64,000 nt of DNA, taken from Nageia nagi. Its lineage: Eukaryota > Plantae > Pinophyta. This document shows positions 50,901 through 64,000 of this stretch, in pieces. A program made the translations under genes and the position numbers. The notes under the pieces are model-generated. The model saw only the letters and a list, made by a program, of their open reading frames with translations, was not told the origin of the DNA and did not search any database. The stretch spans positions 113,398,001 through 113,462,000 of the forward strand of contig JBITNC010000001.1 in the NCBI GenBank assembly GCA_050084985.1, read 5' to 3'. Position 1 is the stretch's first letter; the number at the start of each line of letters is the position of its first letter.

Positions 50901-52550
50901 GAGCCAAGCAAATGAACTTCATTAAGTTATAAAAAGGTTCAAAAATTTGAATATGTATGGTGATGAGGATGATCATGAACCCTAAGATGATGTAGTTAAC
51001 TATGATTTGTTAACTACTATAGAGATTAAACTATCTAACTATGATCAATCTTGCACTAATGATTTATAGTTGAAGGCTATGGAGGAAGAGATTTCTTCCA
51101 TTGATAAGAATGACACTTGAGAGCTTGTGGAGCTTCCCAAAGGAAAGAAACATGTTGGGTGCAAATCGGTATATAAGACCAAATACAATGCTAATGGAAT
51201 CATTGAGAGATACAAGGTAAGGCTTGTAGAAAAGGGATTCACCCAATGCTATGGCATCAATTATGAAGAGATATCTTCTCTAGTAGTAAGACAAGAGATA
51301 ATCCAATTGGTACATTCTTAGGTTTCCTAAAAAGGTTGGAAAGTGAATCATATGGATGTAAAAAGTGCATTCCTTAATATCTATTTTGATGAAGAGGTCT
51401 ATGTACAACAACCTCAAGTATTTGAGGTAAAAGGAAGTGAAATCTTATGTACAAGTTAAAGAAGGTTGTGTATGGCCTCAAGCAAGCTCCAAGAGCTTGG
51501 TATGCAAGGATTTATGGTTACTTCCATCAATATGGTTTGACAAGGAGCAAGAGTGAGCCCAATCTTATATCATGAAGAAATATCAAGATATCTTACTTGT
51601 GTGCTTATACGTGGATGATCTAATCTATATGAGAAATTGTACATAATTCAATGATGATTTCAATACCTCTATGATGAAAAAAAATGAGATAAACTATCTT
51701 GGATTGATGCACTACTTCCATATCATGGAGGTAATTCAAAGAAAAGGTGAGATAATCATTTGTTAATCCAAATATGATCATGACATGTTAAAGAAGTATG
51801 GTATGGATGAATGTTAACCACTTCCCACTCCAATAGCTCATGGTAATATATTATGTAGAGATGATGGAACACCCAAGGTTGATGTAACCTTATTTAGAAG
51901 CCTAGTTGGGAGCTTGATATTTCTTACCAATTCTAGGCTAGTTATTGCCCATGATGTATTACTTGTGTAAAGGTACATGAGTGATCCTATTGAAGAATAC
52001 ATGAAGGAAACCAAGATGATTTTGAGGTATGCAGAAGGCACATCAAAATTTGGCATACACTATTACAAGCATAATGGGTAAAACTTTATGGCTATAGTGA
52101 CTTTGAGTGGGGGAGTACCTTGGATGATAGAAAGTATACATTTGAAAATTATTTTATCCTTGGTTATAGACTCAGATCATGGAGTTCAAATAAGCAAATC
52201 ATTATTTCTCTTTCATCTACTAAAGGAGAGTATATTGCAATCACAAGTGCTAGTGCCCAAGCATTGTGATTATGAAAAGTTCTAGAGGAACTTAATGAGA
52301 GATAAAGTGATCCTACTATTTTATTTTATAATAACTAGAGTGCAATCTAATTGGCTCATAATCCAATCCACCATAATAGTTCCAAGCACTTTGATATAAA
52401 GTATCACTTCATTGGGGATATAGGTGAGAAAGACATCATCAAATTGATATATTGGAATACCTTGGATAATGTTGCAAATATCTTCACCAAAGGAGTTGTT
52501 AAAACTCAATTTATAAATCTAAGGATCTTGTTATTGAGTCCTCTTAGCAT
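47983..52550 (+). pseudogene. Copia gag-pol, decayed
   Basis: Order gag, protease (WILDTSASNHMT ~49460), integrase (WHMRYGHL, TPYEVWY..KPNVKHFRVF), RT (YKVRLVEKGFTQ, YVDDL ~51610), RNase H (NPIHH..SKHFDIKYHFI). Multiple stops. Confidence 0.9.
48335..48848 (-). mobile_element. Solo LTR (~514 bp) in the Copia gag
   Basis: TSD GTTGC/GTTGA. Removal restores KQVRL(Q/K)TLKR.FENLKM. Minus-strand TATAAAT at ~48612. Termini decayed to TA..TA. Confidence 0.75.
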
Positions 52551-54291
52551 CAAGGGGGAGAATGTTGGAAACTTAGCTCATTGTACAAGGTCCAAGATTA
52601 AGTTTCTTAAGTTTTCTATCTCTATGCCCAGAGGCATAGTGTGCCTAGCAACCTATTCACCAAGTGTAGTGCACCTAGGATCTTATTCTCTAGGTGTAGT
52701 GTGCGTATCATCATATGTAATGAAACCAAGTCACCAAGCACAATGCACCCAGTCACTAAGCACAATGCACCCAACACCAAGTAGTGTGCGCCTAGACATA
52801 ATATGCCTATAAATAGAGCCTGATGGGCTATTTTTAGCATGTGCAAGATTACATTTTTTATCTTCATGTTTAGTTTAGATGTTGCTATTTTGGGTTTATG
52901 TTTCACCTAGTTATATTCTAGTATGATTTGGTAGATTTAACATATTTTAGTTTTCTTTTAGATTAGATTGTAACAAGTTATGATCAAGCAACTTGAGTTT
53001 ATTTTTACCATAGTCTATTTTCGGGTTTTTCCAAAAGCTATATGTATGTAATGATTTAGCTTTTCAAAGTAATAAAAGTAGAATACTTCTCACATCCTAT
53101 ATTCAATATAATATTTTGAAAAATTATGATATATCTTAAGGATTTCTCATTTCTCACATCAGGTGCACACGACCTTGATATTAGTTTGGGTATCTTAATA
53201 AGTCATTTGCACCATATTATTAGTAGATTTATAATTATTATATTTCTTCATTGTAAACCATAATTACCAGTCTATATTATATATTTTAGCTTATACCCTA
53301 TAATTGTTTGTTTATTGATTCTTGTTAAATATATTAACATCTACATCTCATCCATTTCACCTCTTAATAACTAAGGAGGTATCATCATCATTTTTCCCCT
53401 TAATATTTATTTTGAATAGCATATGATGATGGAAGATGATAAACATGCATAGAGTAACAATACTAAACCTATCATGTGCAAATTTAAAACATGATTTTTT
53501 AAAAATAAAATTACCCAAATATTTTGAAATTAATCCTATGATGCATTTCAAACTCTTCAATGATAAATAATTATCATTTTTCACATTATCTTTGATACAT
53601 TAAATATACATTCATTGCCACCATTCTTATCATTTATCATTTACTATCATTCATTACAATAACATTTATTTATATTTTTACTAAAATAATAATATAAAAC
53701 TTATTATTATTATTATTAAAAATAAATAAAATAAAAGCTAACATGCCAATATGATTGATTTCTACACAACATACATAATATTACTATCATCTAAATGTGG
53801 TTTAGAAGATTTTACAAACCACATTTAAAGAGGAGAAAAGAGAAATATACTTGAATACAATATATGGAGAGTAGGAAAGGAAGGAAACATAAAAATATTT
53901 GGTATCTACAATAGTAAACATATAACCCAAAAATAATCAACAAAGTGAAATGGTTGAACTTATAATGTAAAGAGTAGAAATAGAGATAATAGAAAAAAAA
54001 TACTATCATCCAAAAAATTAAAGCCATACAACCCATTACTTGATAAAATCATACTTAAAAATTATTTATTTTTTAAAAAGTAAAGAATTTATGTATGTTT
54101 GTAATCAAGGAATATAAATTTTGATATTATGTGAAAAAACACAAGGAAAGAAACCCCTCATCTATTGTACATGTTTCGATTAGACTAAAACATTAGATAA
54201 ATATATAATGATATTTGTAATAAAAACCTAATCAATGAATTCTTATATGAATATAATCAACCCAAGTTTCATAATTTTATTATGAATCTTA

Positions 54292-54296
<5 letters not shown>

Positions 54297-54336
<40 letters not shown>
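54297..54336. repeat. (CA)n microsatellite
   Basis: Direct reading. Confidence 0.95.
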
Positions 54337-54337
<1 letters not shown>

Positions 54338-54545
54338 AAGAAATAATGAGTTTCTTTATATATGATCCAAATATAAAAAAATGAATTAGATAAAGCAATA
54401 AACTTCCCTAGTTTTCAATTAAATTTATTCCATAACTATTACTTGGTAGATCCAACAAGGATTACCAATTATATGTTTGAGTTGATATAAGATTTTGATC
54501 TTTGTATCCCTACCAATTGAAATAAAAATTTCAATTTTCTTCATA

Positions 54546-54791
54546 TTTTTTTTGTTAGAGTTTGTCTTCTAGGCACCATTAACTCTTAAGGTTAGAGCTA
54601 CAACTGAGGGTAATCCATACCATCAAAATCCATTGGGGGAATGATCCCCACCTCACCTACACATACCATCAACTCGATAGGATTTCAAGTATGTTTCAAC
54701 TTTTAGGGGTAAAGAGTTTTGAAATTAGGCCTCCCATATCTAAGATCTTTGAACTACCCACCTCTCCAACTCCCTTATCTATCAATTCATT
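54546..54791 (-). mobile_element. tRNA-derived SINE, copy 1
   Basis: Homologous to 58174-58427. Minus-strand A-box-like GTTGGAGAGGTGG, decayed B box, poly(A) tail, TSD-like TTCATATTT on both sides. Confidence 0.75.
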
Positions 54792-55839
54792 TCATATTTA
54801 TTTCAAAATTAGATATGTAATAATTTCACATTAATGTTAGATTATCTTTTTATTTTCTTTCATCTTGCTTGCCCAAAGTTTTCCAAAAGGTATTGATTTC
54901 CATTTATGATATACCTAATTATTGCATTATCTTTCATTTCTTTCTTATTTAGCTTACTTCTAGCTCTATGTTCTTTTCTAACATTTGTATTTCTCTATGT
55001 ATTTCTTATTTTAATATAATACTATATATGAATCATAAAATTGAGGATATTGATTTGAATATGATGTCACCAAATCTATTAAATGATATGTCTAACCTTC
55101 ATCTCTTGCAACATTTAGTCTATCTGATATTTGTTACATAAGAGGAATTTTCAAAGTTTATTTTGATACTAGGATGAATACAATCTCTTTTAAAGATGAG
55201 CATACTATTGGCACTTATTGAGATTCTAATTTTGACTTCTTAGGTTCTTATTGAATTTCTCCATATTTTTAATCCTCTTTTAAATGTGGCCTTAGGATAT
55301 GATCTTTCTTTGGTTTCCATATCTATATATTTTTTTTACATTTTGGTTTTCTTTTTTACTTTCATGATAGTTGCATGGGTCATTTTCAACATGGGAATAT
55401 ACTAAGGCAAATAAGATTATTATTTGAAGATACTTGATTTTTATGTCCAAAATATTTTTTCAAAGAGTAGTTTGATTTGTTTTGGAAGAGATTTATTTTG
55501 GAAGAGATTTATTATAATTAACTTGAACATAAAAATAACCTTCTAATAATATAGAGTGAGCTATGCTATTTGTATCTATTGTAATAAGGTAATCTAATTC
55601 AAAAGCATATTTGGAATTTTTAGGCATAGTTCATTTCATTCTACTAAAGGGCTTCAATTCATGTAAGGATTATCCTCAACTTATTACATAAATAGTTTCC
55701 TCTATGGATTGGGATAAGATACCATCTTGAGAGTGTGAGGTTACAAATTTTAAATAGAGTATCTAATATTAGAATTGAGGAGAGAGATAAATGCAAGTGA
55801 TAAAAATTAGCTTTGATATGAAAAATGTTAATATATATC

Positions 55840-57721
55840 ATTTCTTGGGGTGCTTATCTCATTTTTTGGTATTGATTGCTATATCTAATAAAATATAAAA
55901 TTAGTATCTTGAAATTAAATAAATTTAAATCTAAATTTCTTTTAAATAAGAGGAAACACCTATGCCTCAATGGCTTAGCCTCTTTTCCTCGAAATGGATT
56001 CAGCTTGGTGAGGTGTTTAAATTTCTTGGTATTCCTTTTGCCTTGGAAGCTTCCCTTGCTTAGCTTTGGAACTTTTTAATTTAGAAGATTGAAAAAAATC
56101 TTGGGAATTGGACTACCAAAAAGCTTTCTCTTATGGGGAGGTACCAAATTTGCATGAAAATATTAGCTTCTACTCATGTGTACTATTCCTTTTATTAGGT
56201 CCCTTCTAAGACTTGCTATCAGAAATTGGATAATCTTATTAAAGATTTTATTTAGGCTTTTGATAGCCAAAAAGGTGGTTTCCATAGAGTGGCATGGGAT
56301 ATTTGTTACCTTCCTCATGATGTTGGTGGAATGGGCATTTTTTATTGCTAGAATTAAGGTTTTGCTTTATGTGTTAAATGGATAATTAGAGATTTAGAGG
56401 GTGATGAAGCCTAAAAGATTCTCATTTGGCATTAGCATCTATAGGCCTCCCATATGGTAGGAAATCTTGTAAAGGATTAGACCTTCAAATGATTCTCACT
56501 GCTCAAGTACCTATCAAGATTGTTGGTTCTTTTGTTGCAAAGTGTATCTAGAAATCCTAGGAAGCCCTCAAACCATGGCTTCAATGGAAATGAATGCAGG
56601 GTTCATCAAGGGCCTTTTTATCTTCATTAAATTTTTGGTGGTCTCTTTTTTACAAATTTGATGGATTACTTTGAAAAATATTCAGTGGGTCAGATCCCTT
56701 CACTTTCATAGGAAGGGAATTGACTCTTTCTAATTTTTTTTTAAATTTTTAGAGTAAGTATTAGTTACCTTGGGAGCAATTTCACAAGTTCAATTGGCGA
56801 TAAGATGATAAAGCTACCTTTTATGTTTTCCTTGATAAAATTCCATTTTATATTTGGAGGAAACTAGGATGATATTTTTAGAACCCCTGGTGATATGATT
56901 GGCACTGGCTTGAGAATATCCATCTTCAAAAGATTAAACCCAAATTATGCTATCTTTGGTTATCTCCTAATGTCCCTATGTTTGAGCATATGAAAAATTG
57001 TTGGGATATTATTTCCACCCAATATAGATGGAGTTTAATATTTTCTATAATTTGGACCCAACACCTTAACCCTAAACAAAATTATTTTGCATGGAGCCTA
57101 TTGCATCATGGTTTACCTATTGGCCACATGCTTAAATATTTGGGGGTGGCCAACCTAGTCTATTCTTTCTATGTGGAACCTAATAGTTTCACCCATATAT
57201 TTTGGACTTTCTTTAAAGCTTCAACCACTTAGAGTTGGATTCTTTCCTTCTTTTGACCTTTTATGGTTACTCCCTTTTCCTTGGTTCATATGTTATTAGG
57301 ATACCCTATTCAATTCTCTGAACCCTTGGGGGAAATTTGGCATATTTTTTGGCTTAGTATTTTATATCATCTTTGAAACATCAAGAATGATATTTTTTTC
57401 TTGCCAAGAAGCTTCATCTTCCTTTTCTTTAGTAGATAAATATGCTATTTTCTATGAATGTTAGCTGTAAATTATTATTCAAGTTGAGAAAGTGAACATG
57501 GAGGTTCAACATCTATGGAACTTACTTGATTATTAGGGCAATGTACCCTGCTCCATCAGTTGGGTTCCTCTGGAATGAATTTCTAATTTAGTGTTAGTTT
57601 AAAGAGGATTCTTTTTGGTTTATTTGTTGTGCTTTCTTATAGGGTGTGCTTAATTCCACTCACCCCTTTTTTGTATTGAAGAGATTTTATATTATTTTAA
57701 AGGTATTTTTCATTAAAAAAA
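55840..57721 (+). mobile_element. 5'-truncated L1-type LINE (ORF2 C-terminal half), decayed
   Basis: FLGIPF, KIEKNLGNWTTKKLSLMGR, VAWDICYLP.DVGGMG and a zf-RVT-like FAWSLLHHGLP...THIFW motif; A-rich tail near 57715. Confidence 0.85.
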
Positions 57722-58056
57722 TTAATATTATATTTTTCCTTTTCCTTTTTAGATGTTAATTGTTAACTATTAATATATTTGATTTTGTGTTAAAATTTTA
57801 ATAAAATTAAAATAGTCAGTCAAATGTTTACACTGGATAGACTAAGTGACATTCAAAAAATGTTCAAAGATATAATCCCTTATATATCAAAAAACATTGA
57901 GAGATATCATTCTTAGGATACTAAAATTAAATGAATGTAAATTTAAAATTTAATATTATATTTTTCCTTTTTTAGAGGTTAATTTTTAAATATTAATATA
58001 TTTGACTTTGTGTTAAAAATTTAATAAAACTAAAACAATTGTTGAAATGTTTACAT
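57720..58056. repeat. ~110-bp AT-rich direct repeat (57720-57832 and ~57949-58056)
   Basis: TAATATTATATTTTTCCTTTT...TATTAATATATTTGA(T/C)TTTGTGTTAAAA...AAATGTTTACA occurs twice. Confidence 0.75.
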
Positions 58057-58173
58057 CAAATAGATGATAAATAATTATTTGATAGTGTGCATGTTAAATT
58101 ATTGCAAATTTATCATAAATAATTATTTTACTACATTATAAATAATATATTTATCTTTTAACAAAATATGTTG

Positions 58174-58427
58174 TTTTTTTTTTGTTGGAGTTTATCCCTT
58201 AATACAGGGCACCATAAACTCTTAAGCTTAGAGTTGCAATTAAGGGGCATCCATGTTGTCAAAATCCATCAGGGTTATGATCCCCATCTCATCTGCACCT
58301 ACCATCAACTTGATAGGATTTTAGGTATGTTTCAACTTTAAGGGGTTGAGAGTTTTGAACTTGGGCCTCCTATATCCGAGAGCTTTGCACTACCCACCTC
58401 TCCAACTCCCCTATCCATCAATTCATT
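58174..58427 (-). mobile_element. tRNA-derived SINE, copy 2
   Basis: A-box-like GTTGGAGAGGTGG, B-box-like CAAGTTCAAAACTC, poly(A), 13-bp TSD AACAAAATATGTT/AACACAATATATT. Confidence 0.8.
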
Positions 58428-58865
58428 GAACACAATATATTATATCCTATAAACCATTAAATTTAAAATACATTAAAAAAATAAAAAATAAAATCATTTA
58501 TTCATTTAATTAAGATTAAAATTTATATAATATATGTTAAAATAAATAAATGATATTATATACATTATAGATCTTAAGTTTTTATAAAATCTACATCAAG
58601 ATTTATTAAAGAGAAATTCTCCATCTTCATTTGATCTACATGTTTCAATTAAGATTAAAAAATATATAATATATATTAAAATAAATAAATACTTTTACAT
58701 ATAGTATACATGTTAAATTTTTATAAAAATTTAAGATTCCTTATTACATTGTAATTTTAAATATTTAATATTATAATATAAAAAATTAATTATTTAACTA
58801 AATATTAATTAGGCACAAGTAATTAAGGAGTTGCATAAGAGTTTATTTACATTCAACCATTTATA

Positions 58866-58869
<4 letters not shown>

Positions 58870-58920
<51 letters not shown>
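58870..58920. repeat. (TA)n microsatellite
   Basis: Direct reading. Confidence 0.95.
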
Positions 58921-58923
<3 letters not shown>

Positions 58924-61139
58924 TTATTTCAACATAAATACCTAAATCTTCTTTCTTGAAAATTTTAAAATAATTTATGATTAAGCTTTATATTAATAAA
59001 ATCTTAAGTCATACAAAAGTAAAATGGATGGAAAAAATTGCATCTCTTGCAGAACTGCATACAACATTAAAAGTAGACACATAAGTCTTGAGAACAACAC
59101 ATTGTCCAACATATGGTAGGAATTGAAAAAGCTACCTCATAACATGGCATTGAAAAGCACTATAAAAAGTCACTACAACTTGTGGCACAACAACCAACCA
59201 TAGAAAAACCACACTATGGATTTAACCCACATAAAGCATTGTATGAGGTAATAACTACCCACATTAGATACGACTAAAATATGCATTTAATCATTGGAAG
59301 GAGGAGGAGAGGGGTTAGCTAGATCATGGGAGCTAAGGGAATATTCTTGATGTCCTTTCTAACATGATTATGCTCATTAAACTCATCACTATCATGATAC
59401 ATGGAAAATAGATATGATTAGGCATTTCTCAAATCTTACGCCAATCAAAATAAGTTTCCACCTATCCATATATATATTTATTTTCTTTCTAGATAATATT
59501 TTTCATATATTTTTGAGTAAAATTTAAGATATTTTATTATTTTGTGAAAGATTATGCATGAATATCTAGATTAAATAACTTACCATTTTGATGTAATTAG
59601 TTTTTATTCCACATCTATTTATGTAAGTTACAGAGGCTAAAACTCAATAGTAATAAAATGGTAGGCTAAGAATGTTAATAATATTCTCTATGTTAGATCA
59701 TAGATTCCTTATAAGTACCGAATAAACTTTTTTAACCTATCAACATCTTAAAAAAGGTTAGCTAAAATATTATAATAAATGGTTTAATTTTTGAAACATA
59801 CATAATAATATAACCTCTTCAAATAATGATAAATTAAAATTACAAATTTCAAATAAAGTAATTAATTGTTTTTGTAATGGTGATAATATAAAAATAAAAG
59901 AAAACTAACTTACTGTAAAAACAACATCAACCCAAAGCTTAAATACTCATTCTACCCACATAAACTCTTTTATTCAATCCTATTAAATTTTTTTATGAGA
60001 TTTTTAATTATTTACTTCTTAAAGAAAAATAATATTTTAAAATGTTTATATTAATATAAAGTATTTTTTATGGTTTCTATTACCACATCGTTGCAACTAG
60101 TATAATTTATATAATCTTAACAAAAAATAAAAAAATAAAATCAATTCACATCAAGGGAGGGGAGATATGTTTTACATGGATAAATTCACACAAAAAATGT
60201 AACAAAAAAGACTTCTACATATAGAAACTCAAACTACAACCTATTATAATCAAAGATACCTATTGAACTCTATCAATTATCCTATTCAAAAACTTCAAAA
60301 TGTTTATGAAGTTATTATGAATTCAACCATTGATGATTGAAAGGTGAACATTATATTTGTGGATTATTTAATATATTTTTGCATCATATCAATCTATTGA
60401 AGAATTCTAAATAAATATAATATAATAGCATGTACCTTATTTGGATCACAAGCAACTAGTAGAAAATGATGTTAAATAAAAGTAACTTTCCTTAAAAGGT
60501 TCAAATCTACTTACAATATTGATCAATATATTAACACAATCAATTGTTTTATTAATTGATTAACACATATCAATACAAAAGTATATAATGATGATGCATA
60601 AAAAATTAATTAAACAACATTCCTCCATATCTTATTAGTACTTTCTTACACCTATATAAGGTTAATTTAAATCTAGAAGCTATTATCTCATCCTTGCCTA
60701 AAGACTTAATATGTATTGTTCAACATGAGTTGAATGTTAAAAATATTACTTTTTTTATAAACAATAAAGATGAATATCAATAAAAAATTTGAATCCAAGA
60801 AAAATTTACATGTTTATATTATAAATAATGTAGACACACCATGTTGTAATATTGATAGAGAGCTAAGGATTTATTATATGGAAAATTAAAGTATATTAAG
60901 TCGAATAAAGCATGTATACAAAAGATAAAGATACTACCTTGGTTACCATATATGAACATAAAAAAAAAAAAAAGAAAAAAAAATTCCTATTCTAATAAAA
61001 AAATATTTCTATTTTGAATAATGTGGATATATCATGTTATTGTTGATAGAGAGCCAAATAGTTGTTGATTAGAAAATTGAAGGATATTAATTCAAATAAA
61101 ATATGTTTTTTTAGAAATGAGTGAAATTATATATATCTA

Positions 61140-61157
61140 TGTGTGTGTGTGTGTGTG
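61140..61157. repeat. (GT)n microsatellite
   Basis: Direct reading. Confidence 0.85.
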
Positions 61158-64000
61158 GTGTATACAAAGTATTTTAATGGTTATTTTTCACATAATAAGT
61201 TGTATGATAAAATCATCAAGCTTGTTTTGGTTAATTCATGGATCAAGCTGTAATTACAAATATCTTTGTTTGATTGTCTAATGTCTTTGTAGAGTGGTGA
61301 AAAAAGGATAAAATGAATCTCATACCTATGGTATTTAGATTAAAAAAATTACAAATTATTTTATCTTAAGGTGTTTTAGGTATTTCCATATACTAATTTC
61401 ATATGTAGTTTATTAAATTAGTTCTTAATTTTGCAATTGCAAGTTTGTTTTAGACTAATAATCATATGTGGACATGATGGATCTTTAAGTTTTGGATAAA
61501 TGATATTTTTATAGTAGGTTAGTTTCTTTTATCTTTGATATTAAAATCACTCAAAATTTTTGAATTACTTTATTTACAATTTATACTTCTAATTTATCAC
61601 TAGTAGAAGGGGTTATGTTATTGTGTATGCCCCAAAAATAAAGCCACTTATCAAAGTATTTTAACTAACCTATTTTAAGATGTTGATGAGTTAAACAAGT
61701 TTGATGGGTGGTTATGGGAAATCCAAGGTGATATGACTTTATTACCTTTTTTTAGTCAATGGTAAATTTATTAAAGGGATTTTTTATATAGGGACCTCAA
61801 ACTTTCAAATGCATATGAAAAGTTTAGGATTTTTAATAAAATATATTTCCATCTCTCATATCCAATATCTATGAATTAGAAACTTAATCCAAAATAAAGT
61901 TGTAATTATGAGTATCAACCAAACTATAGTCAACCTCCAACATGTCTTACTCAATCATTCAAACACATATAGATAGGTCTAATGGCTAGCATCATGCTCC
62001 TGTATTCTTCTTACATAAGTCCATGAAGGTCTAAAGGATGATCATTTTTATCTATATGAAATACTCATTCTTCTAAATTAGAGTAGTCATTGGAATAGAT
62101 TCTACATTAGCAATAATAAGTGTAGCTTTTCTATGGACTAAATTTGATAATTGTTTATCTATGTGTATTGAATACAATTCCTTGATAGCCATTTTATGAG
62201 TCCTTTTCCACTCATGCAACATGCCTATATGAGGGTATTTTCAATTCCATAAATTTTTTGTTGATTTTTTTACCATTAGCCTTAACCCACAACTTTTTCT
62301 TAATGAAAAATGATACTTGTATACTTTCTTACACACCTCTTCTTGTCTCTCAAAGTAATTAGATTAGACATAAGTTAATGGGACAACCTCAGGGCTAGGA
62401 ATATTTGAATTAGAGAGAGCACATCTATGTTTCTAGGCCTTTACAACAAAGTAAAATTTATCCTTTTTCGAGGAAATCCAAGAGGGATAGGAGAAGGGGG
62501 AATGTGGAGGGAAGAATATGATGATTATGATATGATAATGATGGTGAGGGAGATAGTAGGGGGATATGGGAGGGGATGAAGGACTTGGGAGATGAAGGAG
62601 GAGGGCAATATGGGCTTGGGGGCAAGGAGGAAGGGTTGGGTAAGGACATGGTTGATGTGATTTCTTAGGGTAAATTTATTATAGATGAAAAAACCTTTTA
62701 GCTCTAGATTTTACAAAGAGAACCAAAATATTAATGAGTCTATTATAGATTAGGATCCTAAATATAACTCTTATAATATAAATATTTAAAGAATAATATA
62801 ACAAGAAGGGAAAATTCATTATATATATTCCCTAAAAGTGTGCTAGAAGAATGAAGTGGTAATCATAGAAAACTAAGTATCTCCCATTTAGCATGAACCA
62901 CTTGATGAGAGCTTCAACCATCAAATCCCAAGGATACATCAAAGACTCCCTCTTATACCTAGCTTTGATTCTTTGAAATTATTTGCTAGGGCTTAATAAG
63001 TTTACAATATATATAGATATATATAGTCATGGTTTTTCTTGACTTCCTTACCCCATTTATCCTCATGCTTATTGTAACTATGATCATTTATAAGCTGATG
63101 GAAAAGGGGTAACCATATACAATAACCTTTCCTTCATCCTAGATGACTGCCACCTGCTTTGAATGTTCCTTATTATATATTTGTAGGCTATGTATGAATC
63201 TAGAAAAAACATCCCTAAAAAATAATTTTCCAAATAACCAGGTCATTTTTTGGATTCCTCATCATTTTTAAGTTAAGGGAATTTCTAGGTCCATACTATG
63301 CAATAACACTCTATCCCCTTACTATTATATACTAGAGAAAATATTGTCATAGATATTGTGCAATAACACTATCATTAGGATCCACTATAAAATAAAGTTG
63401 AGAAATAAACCTACTCTATTATAGAAGAAGAATTAAACAATAAGATCATTTAAATAAGAGTTGATAAATAGATGTAATGTGGTTTAGCTAGTGTAGGATA
63501 CATCCATGAAGAATATTTAGTACTTGATTACTTATTAGTATAAGCCTTCCAACAAAAATAACCATCATTCCTCTTGGATTCCAAAGAAATCCTCCTCAAA
63601 AAAACTATCTCTCTTAAAAGGATTTACCTCCTTTTCTATCTATCAACCTTATGTAAATTTCTAGTTCATATTCCCAATACAATTCAATACTACTATAATT
63701 GTAATTAATTCTACAATAAATAGACCACCCATATATATATTTATAGATTTTTTGTTTCACTTACTAATGGAGCTTTTACAACCAAGAAATTTTCCATACA
63801 TAGAAACATCAAGTTCTAAACTTAAAAGAGCTAAAAGTGAGTTTCCAAAATCCAAAATAAAGTTTTTCCTCCTTATTTATGTCTAGCTCCCACTTATTCT
63901 TGTATTCCTTTTGTAAATATTCACCACTATTATTATACAACACATAAGAAACAATAAAGATAAACTAGCTTACTCTTTTCAATTCTTTAAAACCCCTTAG

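Noticed and set aside
61800-63800. Possible minus-strand LINE ORF1 or other retroelement remnant, including the Pro/Ser-rich ORF 62458-62649
   Set aside because: Too decayed to assign motifs; the ORF reflects a low-complexity purine tract

Overview
AT-rich plant genomic DNA, probably gymnosperm (inferred from the retroelement types). It holds one host gene: an 8-exon, minus-strand subgroup IIIf bHLH transcription factor (TT8/GL3/R type, about 738 aa, CDS 18884->11077). Most of the rest is old, CpG-decayed transposon debris. Upstream of the gene is a resolvable four-level nested insertion with TSD support at each level. A Copia element (23160-53092) has its 5' LTR split by a hAT-like DNA transposon (23537-47732). 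That transposon contains a Tat-type Gypsy element (29911-46184), which contains a solo LTR (39776-42264). A second solo LTR sits in the Copia gag. Downstream of the gene are two more Gypsy remnants. One carries, upstream of its LTR TATA box, eight exactly 46-bp palindromes separated by divergent spacers. Also present: a perfect 47-bp-arm palindrome 3' of the gene, two tRNA-type SINE copies, a truncated L1 LINE, several local tandem duplications and microsatellites. All calls are by eye and no database searches were run.
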